From an uncultured Pelagibacteraceae bacterium (GTDB lineage Bacteria > Pseudomonadota > Alphaproteobacteria > Pelagibacterales > Pelagibacteraceae): 64,000 bases of DNA. A program made the position numbers and the translations under genes. Where the stretch lies: positions 7,753 through 71,752 of the forward strand of contig CACJRK010000003.1 in the NCBI GenBank assembly GCA_902595795.1. Direction: 5' to 3'. The stretch's first letter is position 1; every line of letters starts with the position of its first letter. Below, piece by piece: positions 27,738-37,043 of the stretch. Under the pieces are notes generated by a model. It was not told where the DNA came from. It worked only from the letters and a program-made list of their open reading frames with translations, and ran no database searches.

Positions 27738-27934
27738 TTTTTATCTGGATTAGTCAGAAAATCTAGTGTGATGGGTTTTGATGTATCTAAAATGTTTGGC
27801 TTAAGTTTTTCAGCTTTTGGACCTTCTTTTGCTAAACGTTTAGCTTTTTTTTCAGCAAGCTTTTTTTCTCTTTTAGCTTGCTTTTCCATAAGCTTCGTTC
27901 CTTTGGTGGATTTATAATCGTAATGAATTCCCAT
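27734..27934 (-). CDS. Hypothetical Lys-rich 66-aa protein
   Basis: ORF track; 17 Lys; heads the dcd-murA-hisD-infA run and is coupled to the next ORF. Confidence 0.65.
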   Translation of the reverse strand: MGIHYDYKSTKGTKLMEKQAKREKKLAEKKAKRLAKEGPKAEKLKPNILDTSKPITLDFLTNPDKK

Positions 27935-28033
27935 AACATTTTCTTAAAATAGATATAAATCATAATTACTTAAAAATTAAGGCAATAATTTGAAAAAAAT
28001 GCTTTATTATCAATAAAACACAAATTGTTTTAA

Positions 28034-28107
28034 GCTCCTGTAGTTAAATGGTATAACAAGTCATTGGTAATGACTAGTTCCCTGGTCAGTACAGGGTGGG
28101 AGCACCA
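28034..28107 (+). tRNA. tRNA-Thr(GGU) with non-canonical T loop
   Basis: GCTCCTG-TA-GTTA-AATGGTA-TAAC-A-AGTCA-TTGGTAA-TGACT-AGTT-CCCTG-GTCAGTA-CAGGG-TGGGAGC-A-CCA. Confidence 0.88.
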
Positions 28108-28830
28108 CTAATTTTTATAAAAAAACTTTCTTAAAAATATTGTAATTAAAATTAAAATAAAGAAAGATGTAATAGGAATATATATATCAGGTGAAAAAAT
28201 TACATCAGTTAATCCTGGCACTTTGGCATTTTGGTCTATAATTTTTTCTAAACCACTACCAATAGAAACAGCTAAAAAAATTTGAGGAATTATTCCAATT
28301 AAAGTAGCAAAGAAGAAATTTATAACTTTTACATTGAATAAAGTTGGCAAAAGACAACTTATCTGCCAAGGTATCCCGCCTATAAAACGGTAAATCAATA
28401 AATAAATAAATTCGGATTTTTTAAATTTTTTTTCTAGATTTTGGAACTTATTTAAAAATTTTTCTCTAATTAACTCTTTTAAAAAATAATTTCCAAAAAT
28501 ATACAAAAAAGTAGCACCAATACTTAAACCTAAAACAACAATAATAGTTCCAATCCATTTTCCAAATATAAAACCACCTATTATAGCGACTGGAGACCCA
28601 AATCCTATAAAAGGGAAAACCCAAAGAATAGTTAATGCTAAAAAAAATATAGAAATTAAAAATAAGTTAGATTGTTTGAGTTCAATAAAATAAGATCGAT
28701 TATCTCTTAAAAAATCATATGATGTAATTTCTGAAAGGGTAAATTTTGAAAAAAAAAAATACAAAAATAAGCAAATAATTAATAAATAAGATAACCCAAT
28801 AAATAATTTAATTTTTTTTGTATTTTCCAT
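28108..28830 (-). CDS. DedA/VTT (TVP38/TMEM64) family membrane protein
   Basis: GGFIFG..IGT, YRFIGGIP, FFFATLIGIIP; multiple TM segments. Confidence 0.8.
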   Translation of the reverse strand: MENTKKIKLFIGLSYLLIICLFLYFFFSKFTLSEITSYDFLRDNRSYFIELKQSNLFLISIFFLALTILWVFPFIGFGSPVAIIGGFIFGKWIGTIIVVLGLSIGATFLYIFGNYFLKELIREKFLNKFQNLEKKFKKSEFIYLLIYRFIGGIPWQISCLLPTLFNVKVINFFFATLIGIIPQIFLAVSIGSGLEKIIDQNAKVPGLTDVIFSPDIYIPITSFFILILITIFLRKFFYKN

Positions 28831-28862
28831 GATTCTTCTTATTTTAATGCTTAATCTTCTAT

Positions 28863-28890
28863 TTGCTATTTTAATTATTACTAATATAAA
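28863..28890 (+). promoter_or_regulatory. Putative sigma70 promoter of the rpmH operon
   Basis: TTGCTA-N16-TATAAA followed by a GC-richer discriminator (GAGGC). Confidence 0.4.
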
Positions 28891-28927
28891 GAGGCAAATT
28901 TATTAAAAAACTACATCAAATCTAATT

Positions 28928-29068
28928 ATGAAAAGAACCTATCAACCCTCAAATAGAAAAAGAGCTCGTAAACACGGCTTCCGATCAAAAATGAAAACTA
29001 AAGGTGGTAAAAAACTTTTGGCTAGAAGAAGAGCAAGAGGTAGAAAATCACTAACCGTTTCTGTATAG
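28928..29068 (+). CDS. rpmH: 50S ribosomal protein L34 (below ORF track cutoff)
   Basis: [46 protein letters not shown]. Confidence 0.97.
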   Translation: MKRTYQPSNRKRARKHGFRSKMKTKGGKKLLARRRARGRKSLTVSV

Positions 29069-29072
29069 AATA

Positions 29073-29414
29073 ATGAAAAGCAAAATACTTGCTCTTTCAA
29101 AAAATGAAGAATTTAAGAATTTACTAAAGCAAAAAAAAATTTCAAATAAATATGTAAGTATTTTTTTTGGGAAATTAATAAATAAAAATGAAAAAAGGCT
29201 AAATATCAGTTTTGTGACTAAAAAAAAAATTGGTAACGCAGTAAAGAGAAATAAAATTAAGAGAAGATTAAGAAACATCATGAATGAAGCTGTTAAAAAA
29301 ATATCCATAAACTCTAATTATTCATTTCTTGTTATCGCTAAGTCTTCTATGCTAAATAATGAATACAAAATTATAAAAGAAACTCTTTTTCAGGATTTTG
29401 AAAAAATAAAATAA
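29073..29414 (+). CDS. rnpA: RNase P protein component
   Basis: [17 protein letters not shown] (RNR-type motif); rpmH-rnpA-yidD-yidC order. Confidence 0.92.
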   Translation: MKSKILALSKNEEFKNLLKQKKISNKYVSIFFGKLINKNEKRLNISFVTKKKIGNAVKRNKIKRRLRNIMNEAVKKISINSNYSFLVIAKSSMLNNEYKIIKETLFQDFEKIK

Positions 29415-29665
29415 TGAATATATTTACTTTAATTTTAATTAAATTTATCAAAGCCTATAAATATTTGATTAGTCCATTATTGGGTCATTCTTGTAGATAT
29501 TTACCAACATGTTCTGAATACAGCATAGATGCTTTAAAAGAATATGGTTTTTTTAAAGGTTTATTTATGAGTATAAAAAGAATTTTATCCTGCCATCCAG
29601 TAAAATTTTTAGGTGGTGGCGAAGGGTTTGATCCAGTTAAAAAAGAAATGAAGGATAATAAATAA
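29414..29665 (+). CDS. yidD: Membrane protein insertion efficiency factor
   Basis: ISPL...CRY.PTCSEY, RILSCHP, GFDPV. Confidence 0.93.
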   Translation: MNIFTLILIKFIKAYKYLISPLLGHSCRYLPTCSEYSIDALKEYGFFKGLFMSIKRILSCHPVKFLGGGEGFDPVKKEMKDNK

Positions 29666-31344
29666 TGGAAACTAGAAATATAATTGCTGCCATAAGTTTA
29701 TCAGCTGCTGTAATTATATTATACTCGCTATTTTTTGCACCACCTCCTGTAACGAAAGAAAATTTAACCGAAAAAACTAAGACTGAAAAGAATTCAGATG
29801 CACCTAGTCTTGATCAAAAAGAAAATGTAACTGAAATTTCACGAGAAGAAGCGTTACAACAAAGTGAAAGAATTCAATTTGAAAACCAAAGTATTGTTGG
29901 ATCTATTTCTTTAAAAGGAGCTGCGATAGATGATCTAACTTTCAAAGAATATAATGTAAGTTTGGAAAGCGATGAAAAAGTAAAATTTCTTGCACCACGA
30001 AGCTCTAAAGAAGGTTATATAATTGAAAGCGGTTTTATAACTACTGATAAAAATATCGATATTCCAAATGTAGATTCTATTTGGTCAGTTTCTGGAAATA
30101 ATAAATTAACTGATCAATCTCCTATAAAACTAAGTTGGACAAATGATCAAGGTATTACTTTTGAAAAAGAAATAGCATTAGACGATAAATTTTTATTCAC
30201 AATAAAACAAAGAATTATAAATTCTACTGATAAAAACTACGACTTCTATTCATATGGACAAATTATAAGAAATCAAATTCCAGAAGGTTTAACAGATTTT
30301 TACATTCTTCATGAAGGACCTATAGCTACGTTAGATGAAGAATTAATTGAGGAAGATTATGACGATATTGAAGAGAAAAAATTTTCAAGAACAGCTCAAA
30401 AAGGATGGTTAGGAATTGGAGATAAATACTACATATCAACACTTATTCCACCAAGAGAAAAAGAATTCAAAACTACAATGGATTATAAAAATAAGTACAG
30501 AATAAACTTTGTTACAACAGAACCATTAGCGTTAAATGGCAATTCTTCTATAGAGGAAAACTTACAAATAATAGTAGCTGCAAAAAGAGTTGATATAATT
30601 GATGGGTACGCAGAGTCATTAAAAATTGATAAATTTGATTTAACAATTGACTGGGGCTTTCTATACTTTTTGACTCGTCCCTTGTTCACTGCTCTAGAGT
30701 ATTTCTTTAAAATATTTGGTAATTATGGATTAGCAATTATTGCTGTTACTGTTTGTATTCGTGTAGCATTTTTTCCTTTAGCTAATTTCTCTTTTAGAAG
30801 TATGGCGAAGATGAAGCAATTACAGCCTGAGATGGTGAGACTTAAAGAGGTACACAAGGATGATAAAATGAAATTGCAACAAGCGATGATGGCTCTTTAT
30901 AAAAAAGAAAAAGTAAATCCTATGAGTGGTTGCTTGCCCATTCTCGTACAAATTCCTGTATTCTTTGCTTTATACAAGGTTTTATTTGTAACAATAGAAA
31001 TGCGTCACATGCCTTTCTATGGTTGGATCGAAGACCTCAGCGCCAGAGATCCCACTTCTATATTCAATTTATTTGGATTGCTACCTTTTGATGTTCCAGG
31101 TTTCCTTGTGATAGGAGCTTGGCCGGTCGCCATGGGGGCCAGCATGTGGCTACAACAGAAGCTAAATCCAGCCCCAACAGATCCGATGCAAGCAAAAATA
31201 TTTATGTTCTTTCCTTTATTTTTAACAGTAATTCTTGCACCGTTCCCAAGTGGGTTAGTAATTTATTGGACAGTTAATAACATTTTAACGATGGCTCAGC
31301 AGGTTGTAATAATGAAACGTACAACAGTTAAAACTGCAACCTAA
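29665..31344 (+). CDS. yidC: Membrane protein insertase YidC
   Basis: IDWG, GCLPILVQIPVFFALY, WIEDLSARDP, FPSGLVIYW. Confidence 0.96.
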   Translation: METRNIIAAISLSAAVIILYSLFFAPPPVTKENLTEKTKTEKNSDAPSLDQKENVTEISREEALQQSERIQFENQSIVGSISLKGAAIDDLTFKEYNVSLESDEKVKFLAPRSSKEGYIIESGFITTDKNIDIPNVDSIWSVSGNNKLTDQSPIKLSWTNDQGITFEKEIALDDKFLFTIKQRIINSTDKNYDFYSYGQIIRNQIPEGLTDFYILHEGPIATLDEELIEEDYDDIEEKKFSRTAQKGWLGIGDKYYISTLIPPREKEFKTTMDYKNKYRINFVTTEPLALNGNSSIEENLQIIVAAKRVDIIDGYAESLKIDKFDLTIDWGFLYFLTRPLFTALEYFFKIFGNYGLAIIAVTVCIRVAFFPLANFSFRSMAKMKQLQPEMVRLKEVHKDDKMKLQQAMMALYKKEKVNPMSGCLPILVQIPVFFALYKVLFVTIEMRHMPFYGWIEDLSARDPTSIFNLFGLLPFDVPGFLVIGAWPVAMGASMWLQQKLNPAPTDPMQAKIFMFFPLFLTVILAPFPSGLVIYWTVNNILTMAQQVVIMKRTTVKTAT

Positions 31345-31361
31345 GAATTTAAAAATAATAA

Positions 31362-32210
31362 ATGGATCTAGAAAAGATATTACCTAAAGATGGGCCACCA
31401 CTAAATGAAGTAACAAAATATATTGAAAAATATAAAAATGATTTAATAGTAATAAAATATGGTGGAAATGTTTTAATTAATAGAAACATTTTTAATAACT
31501 TTATAACTGATCTTAGTATTTTAAATAAATTAGGTCTTGCAACTGTTGTAATTCATGGTGGTGGTCCTAGAATTAAAAGACAACTAGAAAAATCAAATAT
31601 ACAATCAAAATTTATAAGAGGACTAAGAGTAACTGATAAAAACATTATTAATATTGTTGAGGCTGTTCTGATTGATTTTAATGATGACATTGTTAGTTCC
31701 TTAAAAGATAAAGGAACAGAAGCAATCTCAATACATACAAAAAAAAATAACGTTATAAAAACTATTCCAGAAGAAGAAGAGCTAGGATTTGTAGGAATAC
31801 CAAATGAGATTAATAATGAACAAATATTAAATATAATTAATCAAAATAAAATCCCTATAATTTCGCCATTAGGATTAGGTCAAGAAAATCAAGCATATAA
31901 TATTAATGGAGATACAGCTGCAATGGCTATAGCGAAATCTTTAAAATCTAGAAGACTATTGTTAATGACAAATGTAGATGGTGTTCTAGATAAAAATAAA
32001 AAATTAATAGAGGAAATTTCTTCATCTGAGGTTGTAGAAATGATTAAAGATGAAATTATTACTGAAGGTATGATACCTAAAATAAATGCGTGCTTAGATG
32101 CAGTGAACAATGGTGTTACAGCAGTTGGAATAATTAATGGTACAAAGCCACATTCATGTTTATGGGAAATTTTCTCTGACAAAGGTTCAGGAACTTTAAT
32201 AAGGCAATGA
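31362..32210 (+). CDS. argB: Acetylglutamate kinase
   Basis: VIKYGGN, VIHGGGP, GLRVTD, NINGD, GMIPK. Confidence 0.94.
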   Translation: MDLEKILPKDGPPLNEVTKYIEKYKNDLIVIKYGGNVLINRNIFNNFITDLSILNKLGLATVVIHGGGPRIKRQLEKSNIQSKFIRGLRVTDKNIINIVEAVLIDFNDDIVSSLKDKGTEAISIHTKKNNVIKTIPEEEELGFVGIPNEINNEQILNIINQNKIPIISPLGLGQENQAYNINGDTAAMAIAKSLKSRRLLLMTNVDGVLDKNKKLIEEISSSEVVEMIKDEIITEGMIPKINACLDAVNNGVTAVGIINGTKPHSCLWEIFSDKGSGTLIRQ

Positions 32211-32878
32211 AAGAATTAAAAAATATCAAAAACATATTATTTGATTGTGATGGGGTACTCTACAGTGATCTTGAAGGAGTATTTGGTCAAGTAAGTAAAA
32301 AAATGACTCAATATATTTCAAATAAATTAAATGTAGATTTAAAAGAGGCAAAAGAGTTACAAACAAATTATTTTCATAAATATAACACTAGCCTTAATGG
32401 TTTAATGATACATCACGATATACCTCCAAGAGAATTTTTAGACTACGTGCACGATATTAATTTAGATTTTTTAGAGAAAGATACTGTTCTAAGGAATGAG
32501 TTAGAAAACATTAATGTGAATAAATTTGTATTTACAAACGGTAGTAAAGAACATGTTAAAAATATTATTACTCACTTGGGAATTGATGATCAATTTGATG
32601 GTGTATTTGATATTGTTGATGCCGAATACAGTCCAAAACCTCAAGCAAAAACATTTGATCTTATGATCGAAAAATTTCAAATCGATCCAACTGAGACACT
32701 CTATATTGAAGATATCGCAAAAAACTTATCTATTGGAAAAGAAAGAGGAGCAAAAACAGTTTGGTTAATCAATGATGAATACTGGGGGAAAAAAGAGTCT
32801 GATGAAGAATATATTGATTACAAAATAGAAAATCTTTCTTTATTTTTAAAAGAAATAAGGTTATTAAAAAACTCATAA
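32207..32878 (+). CDS. Pyrimidine 5'-nucleotidase (HAD family)
   Basis: [24 protein letters not shown]; argB-dapD synteny. Confidence 0.85.
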   Translation: MKELKNIKNILFDCDGVLYSDLEGVFGQVSKKMTQYISNKLNVDLKEAKELQTNYFHKYNTSLNGLMIHHDIPPREFLDYVHDINLDFLEKDTVLRNELENINVNKFVFTNGSKEHVKNIITHLGIDDQFDGVFDIVDAEYSPKPQAKTFDLMIEKFQIDPTETLYIEDIAKNLSIGKERGAKTVWLINDEYWGKKESDEEYIDYKIENLSLFLKEIRLLKNS

Positions 32879-32883
32879 AAATT

Positions 32884-33711
32884 ATGAGTATTGAAAAAAC
32901 TATAAATGAAGCTTGGGAAAATAAAGACCAAGTAAACCAAAATTCAGATAAATCTTTAAAGGATGCCGTTAATCAAATTATTGATGATTTAGACAGTGGA
33001 AAAGCAAGAGTAGCTGAAAAGATCAATGGCGAATGGGTTACGCATCAATATCTAAAAAAAGCTATAATGTTAAGTTTTAGAATGTATCCAATGGAAAATT
33101 TAAATGGTCCATACAGTAGCTGGTATGACAAAGCTCATTTACTTAAAGGAAAAACGGCAGGATGGACAAAAGAAGATCATGAAAAAGCTGGTTTTAGAAT
33201 GGTGCCTAATTCACCAGTAAGAAAAGGATCATTTGTAGGAAAGAATGCGGTTTTAATGCCATGTTATGTAAATATTGGTGCATATATTGATGAAGGAACA
33301 ATGATGGATACATTTAGTCGTGCAGGAAGTTGTTGTCAGATTGGAAAAAATTGTCATATCTCAGCTGGAACTGGAGTTGGAGGTGTATTGGAACCTGCTC
33401 AAGCATTACCAACAATTATTGAAGATAATGTATTCTTAGGTGCAATGTCTGAAGTAGTAGAAGGTGTAATAGTTGGAGAAGGCTCTGTTTTAAGTATGGG
33501 AATGTACATTGGACAATCAACAAAAATTGTTAATAGAAAAACAGGTGAAATAACTTATGGAAAAATACCTCCTTATTCAGTAGTTGTTCCAGGATCTTTG
33601 CCAGACAAAAACAATCCACAAGCACCATCTTTATATTGTGCAGTAATAATTAAACAAGTTGATGAAAAGACAAGATCAAAAACATCAGTTAACGACCTTT
33701 TAAGAGAATAA
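32884..33711 (+). CDS. dapD: Tetrahydrodipicolinate N-succinyltransferase
   Basis: [46 protein letters not shown]. Confidence 0.95.
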   Translation: MSIEKTINEAWENKDQVNQNSDKSLKDAVNQIIDDLDSGKARVAEKINGEWVTHQYLKKAIMLSFRMYPMENLNGPYSSWYDKAHLLKGKTAGWTKEDHEKAGFRMVPNSPVRKGSFVGKNAVLMPCYVNIGAYIDEGTMMDTFSRAGSCCQIGKNCHISAGTGVGGVLEPAQALPTIIEDNVFLGAMSEVVEGVIVGEGSVLSMGMYIGQSTKIVNRKTGEITYGKIPPYSVVVPGSLPDKNNPQAPSLYCAVIIKQVDEKTRSKTSVNDLLRE

Positions 33712-33713
33712 AA

Positions 33714-34871
33714 ATGCAAAAAATTAACGAACTTCAATTAGCTAAAGAGCTAATTAGGTTTCCATCTATCACAAAAACTGATGCCGGTGTTGTAAAATTT
33801 TTAGAAAAAAAATTAAAAAAACTTGGCTTTAAAACTAAAATGCTCGAGTTCAAAGATAAAAATAGTTATCCTGTAAGAAATCTTTATGCAAGACTTGGTA
33901 CAGCAAGTCCAAATTTTTGTTATGCAGGTCATTTGGATGTAGTGCCGCCTGGTAATTTAAATGATTGGACTGTTAATCCATTCAAACCTGCTGTTAAGAA
34001 AGGATATTTAATTGGCAGAGGTGCAAATGACATGAAAAGCTCAATAGCTGCATTTGTTACTGCGGTAAGTAATTTTTCTAAAATAAATAAAAAATTCAGT
34101 GGGTCTATTAGTCTTCTGATTACTGGTGACGAAGAAGGAATTGCAATTAATGGGACGAAAAAAGTTGTTGAGTATTTGAGAAAAAGAAAAGAAAAAATTG
34201 ATTTTTGCTTAGTAGGAGAGCCCACTAATCCAAATAAATTAGGAGAAATGATAAAAATTGGTCGTAGAGGTAGTATGACTGGAAAATTATCTGTCATTGG
34301 AATTCAAGGTCATGTCGCTTACCCAAACATGGCAAACAATCCGTCAACAGCTTTAGTCCAAATACTCAAAGAGTTAAAAGAAATTAAATTTGATAAAGGG
34401 ACAAAAAATTTTCAACCTACAAATTTAGAGATAACAAAAATTAACATTGATAATTCAGCTGATAATGTAATTCCAGGATTGGCTAGTGCTTCATTTAATA
34501 TTAGATTTAATAACAAACACACATCTTACAAATTAAAGAATAAAATTAATAAAATAATAAAACAAATTTGTAATAAAAATAAATCAAAATATAAAATTGA
34601 ATATAGTGTTTCTGGTGAGGCCTTTTTAACTACGCCTAACAAAACCACATTTATGATACAAAATACAATTAAGAAAATTACTAAAATTAAACCAAAACTA
34701 TCTACAACTGGCGGTACGTCGGATGCTAGATTTATAAGAAAAATAGCTCCATGTTTAGAATTTGGGTTAGTAGGAAAAACTATGCATAAGGTAGGGGAAT
34801 GTGTGTCCTTATCTGATTTAAAAAGATTAACTTTAATTTATACTAAAATCTTAGATAACTACTTTAAGTGA
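33714..34871 (+). CDS. dapE: Succinyl-diaminopimelate desuccinylase
   Basis: GHLDVVP, GRGANDMK, GDEEG, GEPT, GGTSDARFI, MHK. Confidence 0.95.
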   Translation: MQKINELQLAKELIRFPSITKTDAGVVKFLEKKLKKLGFKTKMLEFKDKNSYPVRNLYARLGTASPNFCYAGHLDVVPPGNLNDWTVNPFKPAVKKGYLIGRGANDMKSSIAAFVTAVSNFSKINKKFSGSISLLITGDEEGIAINGTKKVVEYLRKRKEKIDFCLVGEPTNPNKLGEMIKIGRRGSMTGKLSVIGIQGHVAYPNMANNPSTALVQILKELKEIKFDKGTKNFQPTNLEITKINIDNSADNVIPGLASASFNIRFNNKHTSYKLKNKINKIIKQICNKNKSKYKIEYSVSGEAFLTTPNKTTFMIQNTIKKITKIKPKLSTTGGTSDARFIRKIAPCLEFGLVGKTMHKVGECVSLSDLKRLTLIYTKILDNYFK

Positions 34872-35797
34872 AAACTGGTTTAATTACATCAGATACATCT
34901 CAAAATCATGATACAGGTCCTGGACATCCAGAACAAATAGCAAGAGTATCAATTATAGTAGAAAATTTTAAAAAACATAATAATAAAAATCTTATATGGA
35001 AGAAACCATCTAAAATTTCGGATGATATTCTTTTAACGACACATGAAAGAAATTACTTAAATTTAGTAAAAAGTTCTTTTCCAAAAAAAGGTTTTTCTTC
35101 ACTTGATGGTGATACAATTATTTCACCTGGAAGCAAAGAGGCAACTTTCGATGCAGTTGGATCAATAATTAGTGCAATTGATGGGGTGGAAAAAAAAGAA
35201 TTTAAAAATGCATTCTGTAGTGTTCGACCTCCTGGACATCATAGCTCACAAAATAAGGCTGCTGGTTTTTGCATTTTAAATTCAGTAAGTATCGGTGCAA
35301 ATTATTTGTTAAAAAAATATAAATATAAGAAAGTTGCAATAATAGATTTTGATGTACATCATGGTAATGGAACACAGGATATTTTTTATGAAAATGAAAA
35401 TGTCCTTTTTATATCAACTCATCAATATCCCTACTATCCAGGAACTGGTTCTGAACAAGAAAAAGGTAAGTTTAATAATATCTTTAATATACCTTTGCCA
35501 GCTGGCATAAGTTCAGAAGAATATTTAAACGTATTTGACCGTGTACTAAAAAAGTTAGCAGACTTTAATCCAGAATTTATATTAATCAGTGCCGGTTTTG
35601 ACGCCCATGAGGATGACCCTCTCGCCCAATTTAATCTAAAAACAGATGATTATTTCACTATTACGAAAAGAATATTGGAGACTTCAAAAAAGTTTTGTGG
35701 TGGAAAAGTTGTTTCAATTTTAGAGGGCGGTTATGACCTAAAAGCACTTCGAGATAGTACTAAAAGACATGTTGATGCTCTTTTAGAATTTAATTGA
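34868..35797 (+). CDS. Zn-dependent histone deacetylase-family amidohydrolase (GTG start)
   Basis: GHPE, RPPGHH, GFCILN, DFDVHHGNGTQ, SAGFDAH, LEGGY all intact. Confidence 0.92.
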   Translation: MKTGLITSDTSQNHDTGPGHPEQIARVSIIVENFKKHNNKNLIWKKPSKISDDILLTTHERNYLNLVKSSFPKKGFSSLDGDTIISPGSKEATFDAVGSIISAIDGVEKKEFKNAFCSVRPPGHHSSQNKAAGFCILNSVSIGANYLLKKYKYKKVAIIDFDVHHGNGTQDIFYENENVLFISTHQYPYYPGTGSEQEKGKFNNIFNIPLPAGISSEEYLNVFDRVLKKLADFNPEFILISAGFDAHEDDPLAQFNLKTDDYFTITKRILETSKKFCGGKVVSILEGGYDLKALRDSTKRHVDALLEFN

Positions 35798-35833
35798 TAA
35801 TTCTCTAGAAAACTCTAAATAAAAAAAATCTTC

Positions 35834-36319
35834 ATGAAATTATATAAAATAAAAAAATCTGGAATTGATAATAAAGGTAGAGGACTTTATGCAACACAAA
35901 ACATCAAAGAGGGAACCAAAATAATTGATTATGTTGGAAAACTAATAACAAAAAAACAAACACAAGATTCTGATAAGTACGATAATAGTAAACCGATATA
36001 TTTATTTACAATAAACAAAAGATACGACTTAGATGGAGATTTTTCATGGAACACTGCAGGGTTAATTAATCATTCATGTGATAATAATTGTGATTATGAT
36101 GGTAAGGGTTTGAAAATTTGGGTTAAAGCAATAAAGGATATTAAAAAAGGTGAGGAGTTTACCTGTGATTATGGATTTGGTTATGATGAAAACTACAAAC
36201 AATTTCCTTGTAAATGTAAATCAAAAAACTGTTGTGGCTATATTGTAAGAGCTGAGTCTAGATGGCGAATAAATAAAAAGTTTGCGATGAGCAATAAAAA
36301 AATCAATAAAGAACTTTAA
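35834..36319 (+). CDS. SET-domain protein-lysine methyltransferase with post-SET Zn cluster
   Basis: GRGLYA, INHSC, EEFTCDYG, CKCKSKNC. Confidence 0.9.
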   Translation: MKLYKIKKSGIDNKGRGLYATQNIKEGTKIIDYVGKLITKKQTQDSDKYDNSKPIYLFTINKRYDLDGDFSWNTAGLINHSCDNNCDYDGKGLKIWVKAIKDIKKGEEFTCDYGFGYDENYKQFPCKCKSKNCCGYIVRAESRWRINKKFAMSNKKINKEL

Positions 36320-37043
36320 ATAAAAATAAACCACCTGGTGGAGCTGGTGGTGCACACTGTGTTCTTTTTTTTGACTTAAATTTATTTTCAAAAGTTTTCA
36401 AATCCCATTTCATTTCTCCTAAGTATTTCAAACAACCAACCATGGATCTTACCTGATGTTGTAAAAATGATTGAGAACTAAATTGAATTTCAATTTTATT
36501 TTTTGATGATTTAATTTTTATTGATTTAATAGTTTTAATTGGACTTTTTGCATTACAGCTTGAGGATCTAAAAGTTGAATAATCATTTGTCCCTATTAAT
36601 TTTTTTGCACCCTTTTTCATTAAATCTAAATTTAATTGCTTTCTAACATGCCATGCTCTATTTTTTTCAATTATTGGTTTGCTTATTTGATTAAAAATAA
36701 AATATTTATAAATCCTTTGTTTTGCTGAAAATCTAGCATGAAATTTATTGTTTCTTTTTTTTATCTTTTTAATTGCAACGTCTTTTAAATTTAAAAAATG
36801 ATTTATAGATTTTAAAAATTTATTTATATCGGTTATTTTATTTTTACAATCAAAGTGTGCAGATTGCTCCAATGCATGAACACCTGCATCTGTTCTTCCT
36901 TGACCATGTAAAATAATTTTTTCTTTTAATAATTTTGATAATTTTTCTTGAATTAATCCTTGAATAGTTGGACCTTTTTTTTGAATCTGCCATCCTCTAA
37001 AATTTGTCCCTGCATACTCAATAAGTATTTGGTATCTATTCAT
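36303..37043 (-). CDS. truA: tRNA pseudouridine(38-40) synthase
   Basis: GRTDAGVHA, FHARFSA, FLQHQVR, APPGGL. Confidence 0.95.
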   Translation of the reverse strand: MNRYQILIEYAGTNFRGWQIQKKGPTIQGLIQEKLSKLLKEKIILHGQGRTDAGVHALEQSAHFDCKNKITDINKFLKSINHFLNLKDVAIKKIKKRNNKFHARFSAKQRIYKYFIFNQISKPIIEKNRAWHVRKQLNLDLMKKGAKKLIGTNDYSTFRSSSCNAKSPIKTIKSIKIKSSKNKIEIQFSSQSFLQHQVRSMVGCLKYLGEMKWDLKTFENKFKSKKRTQCAPPAPPGGLFLFKVLY

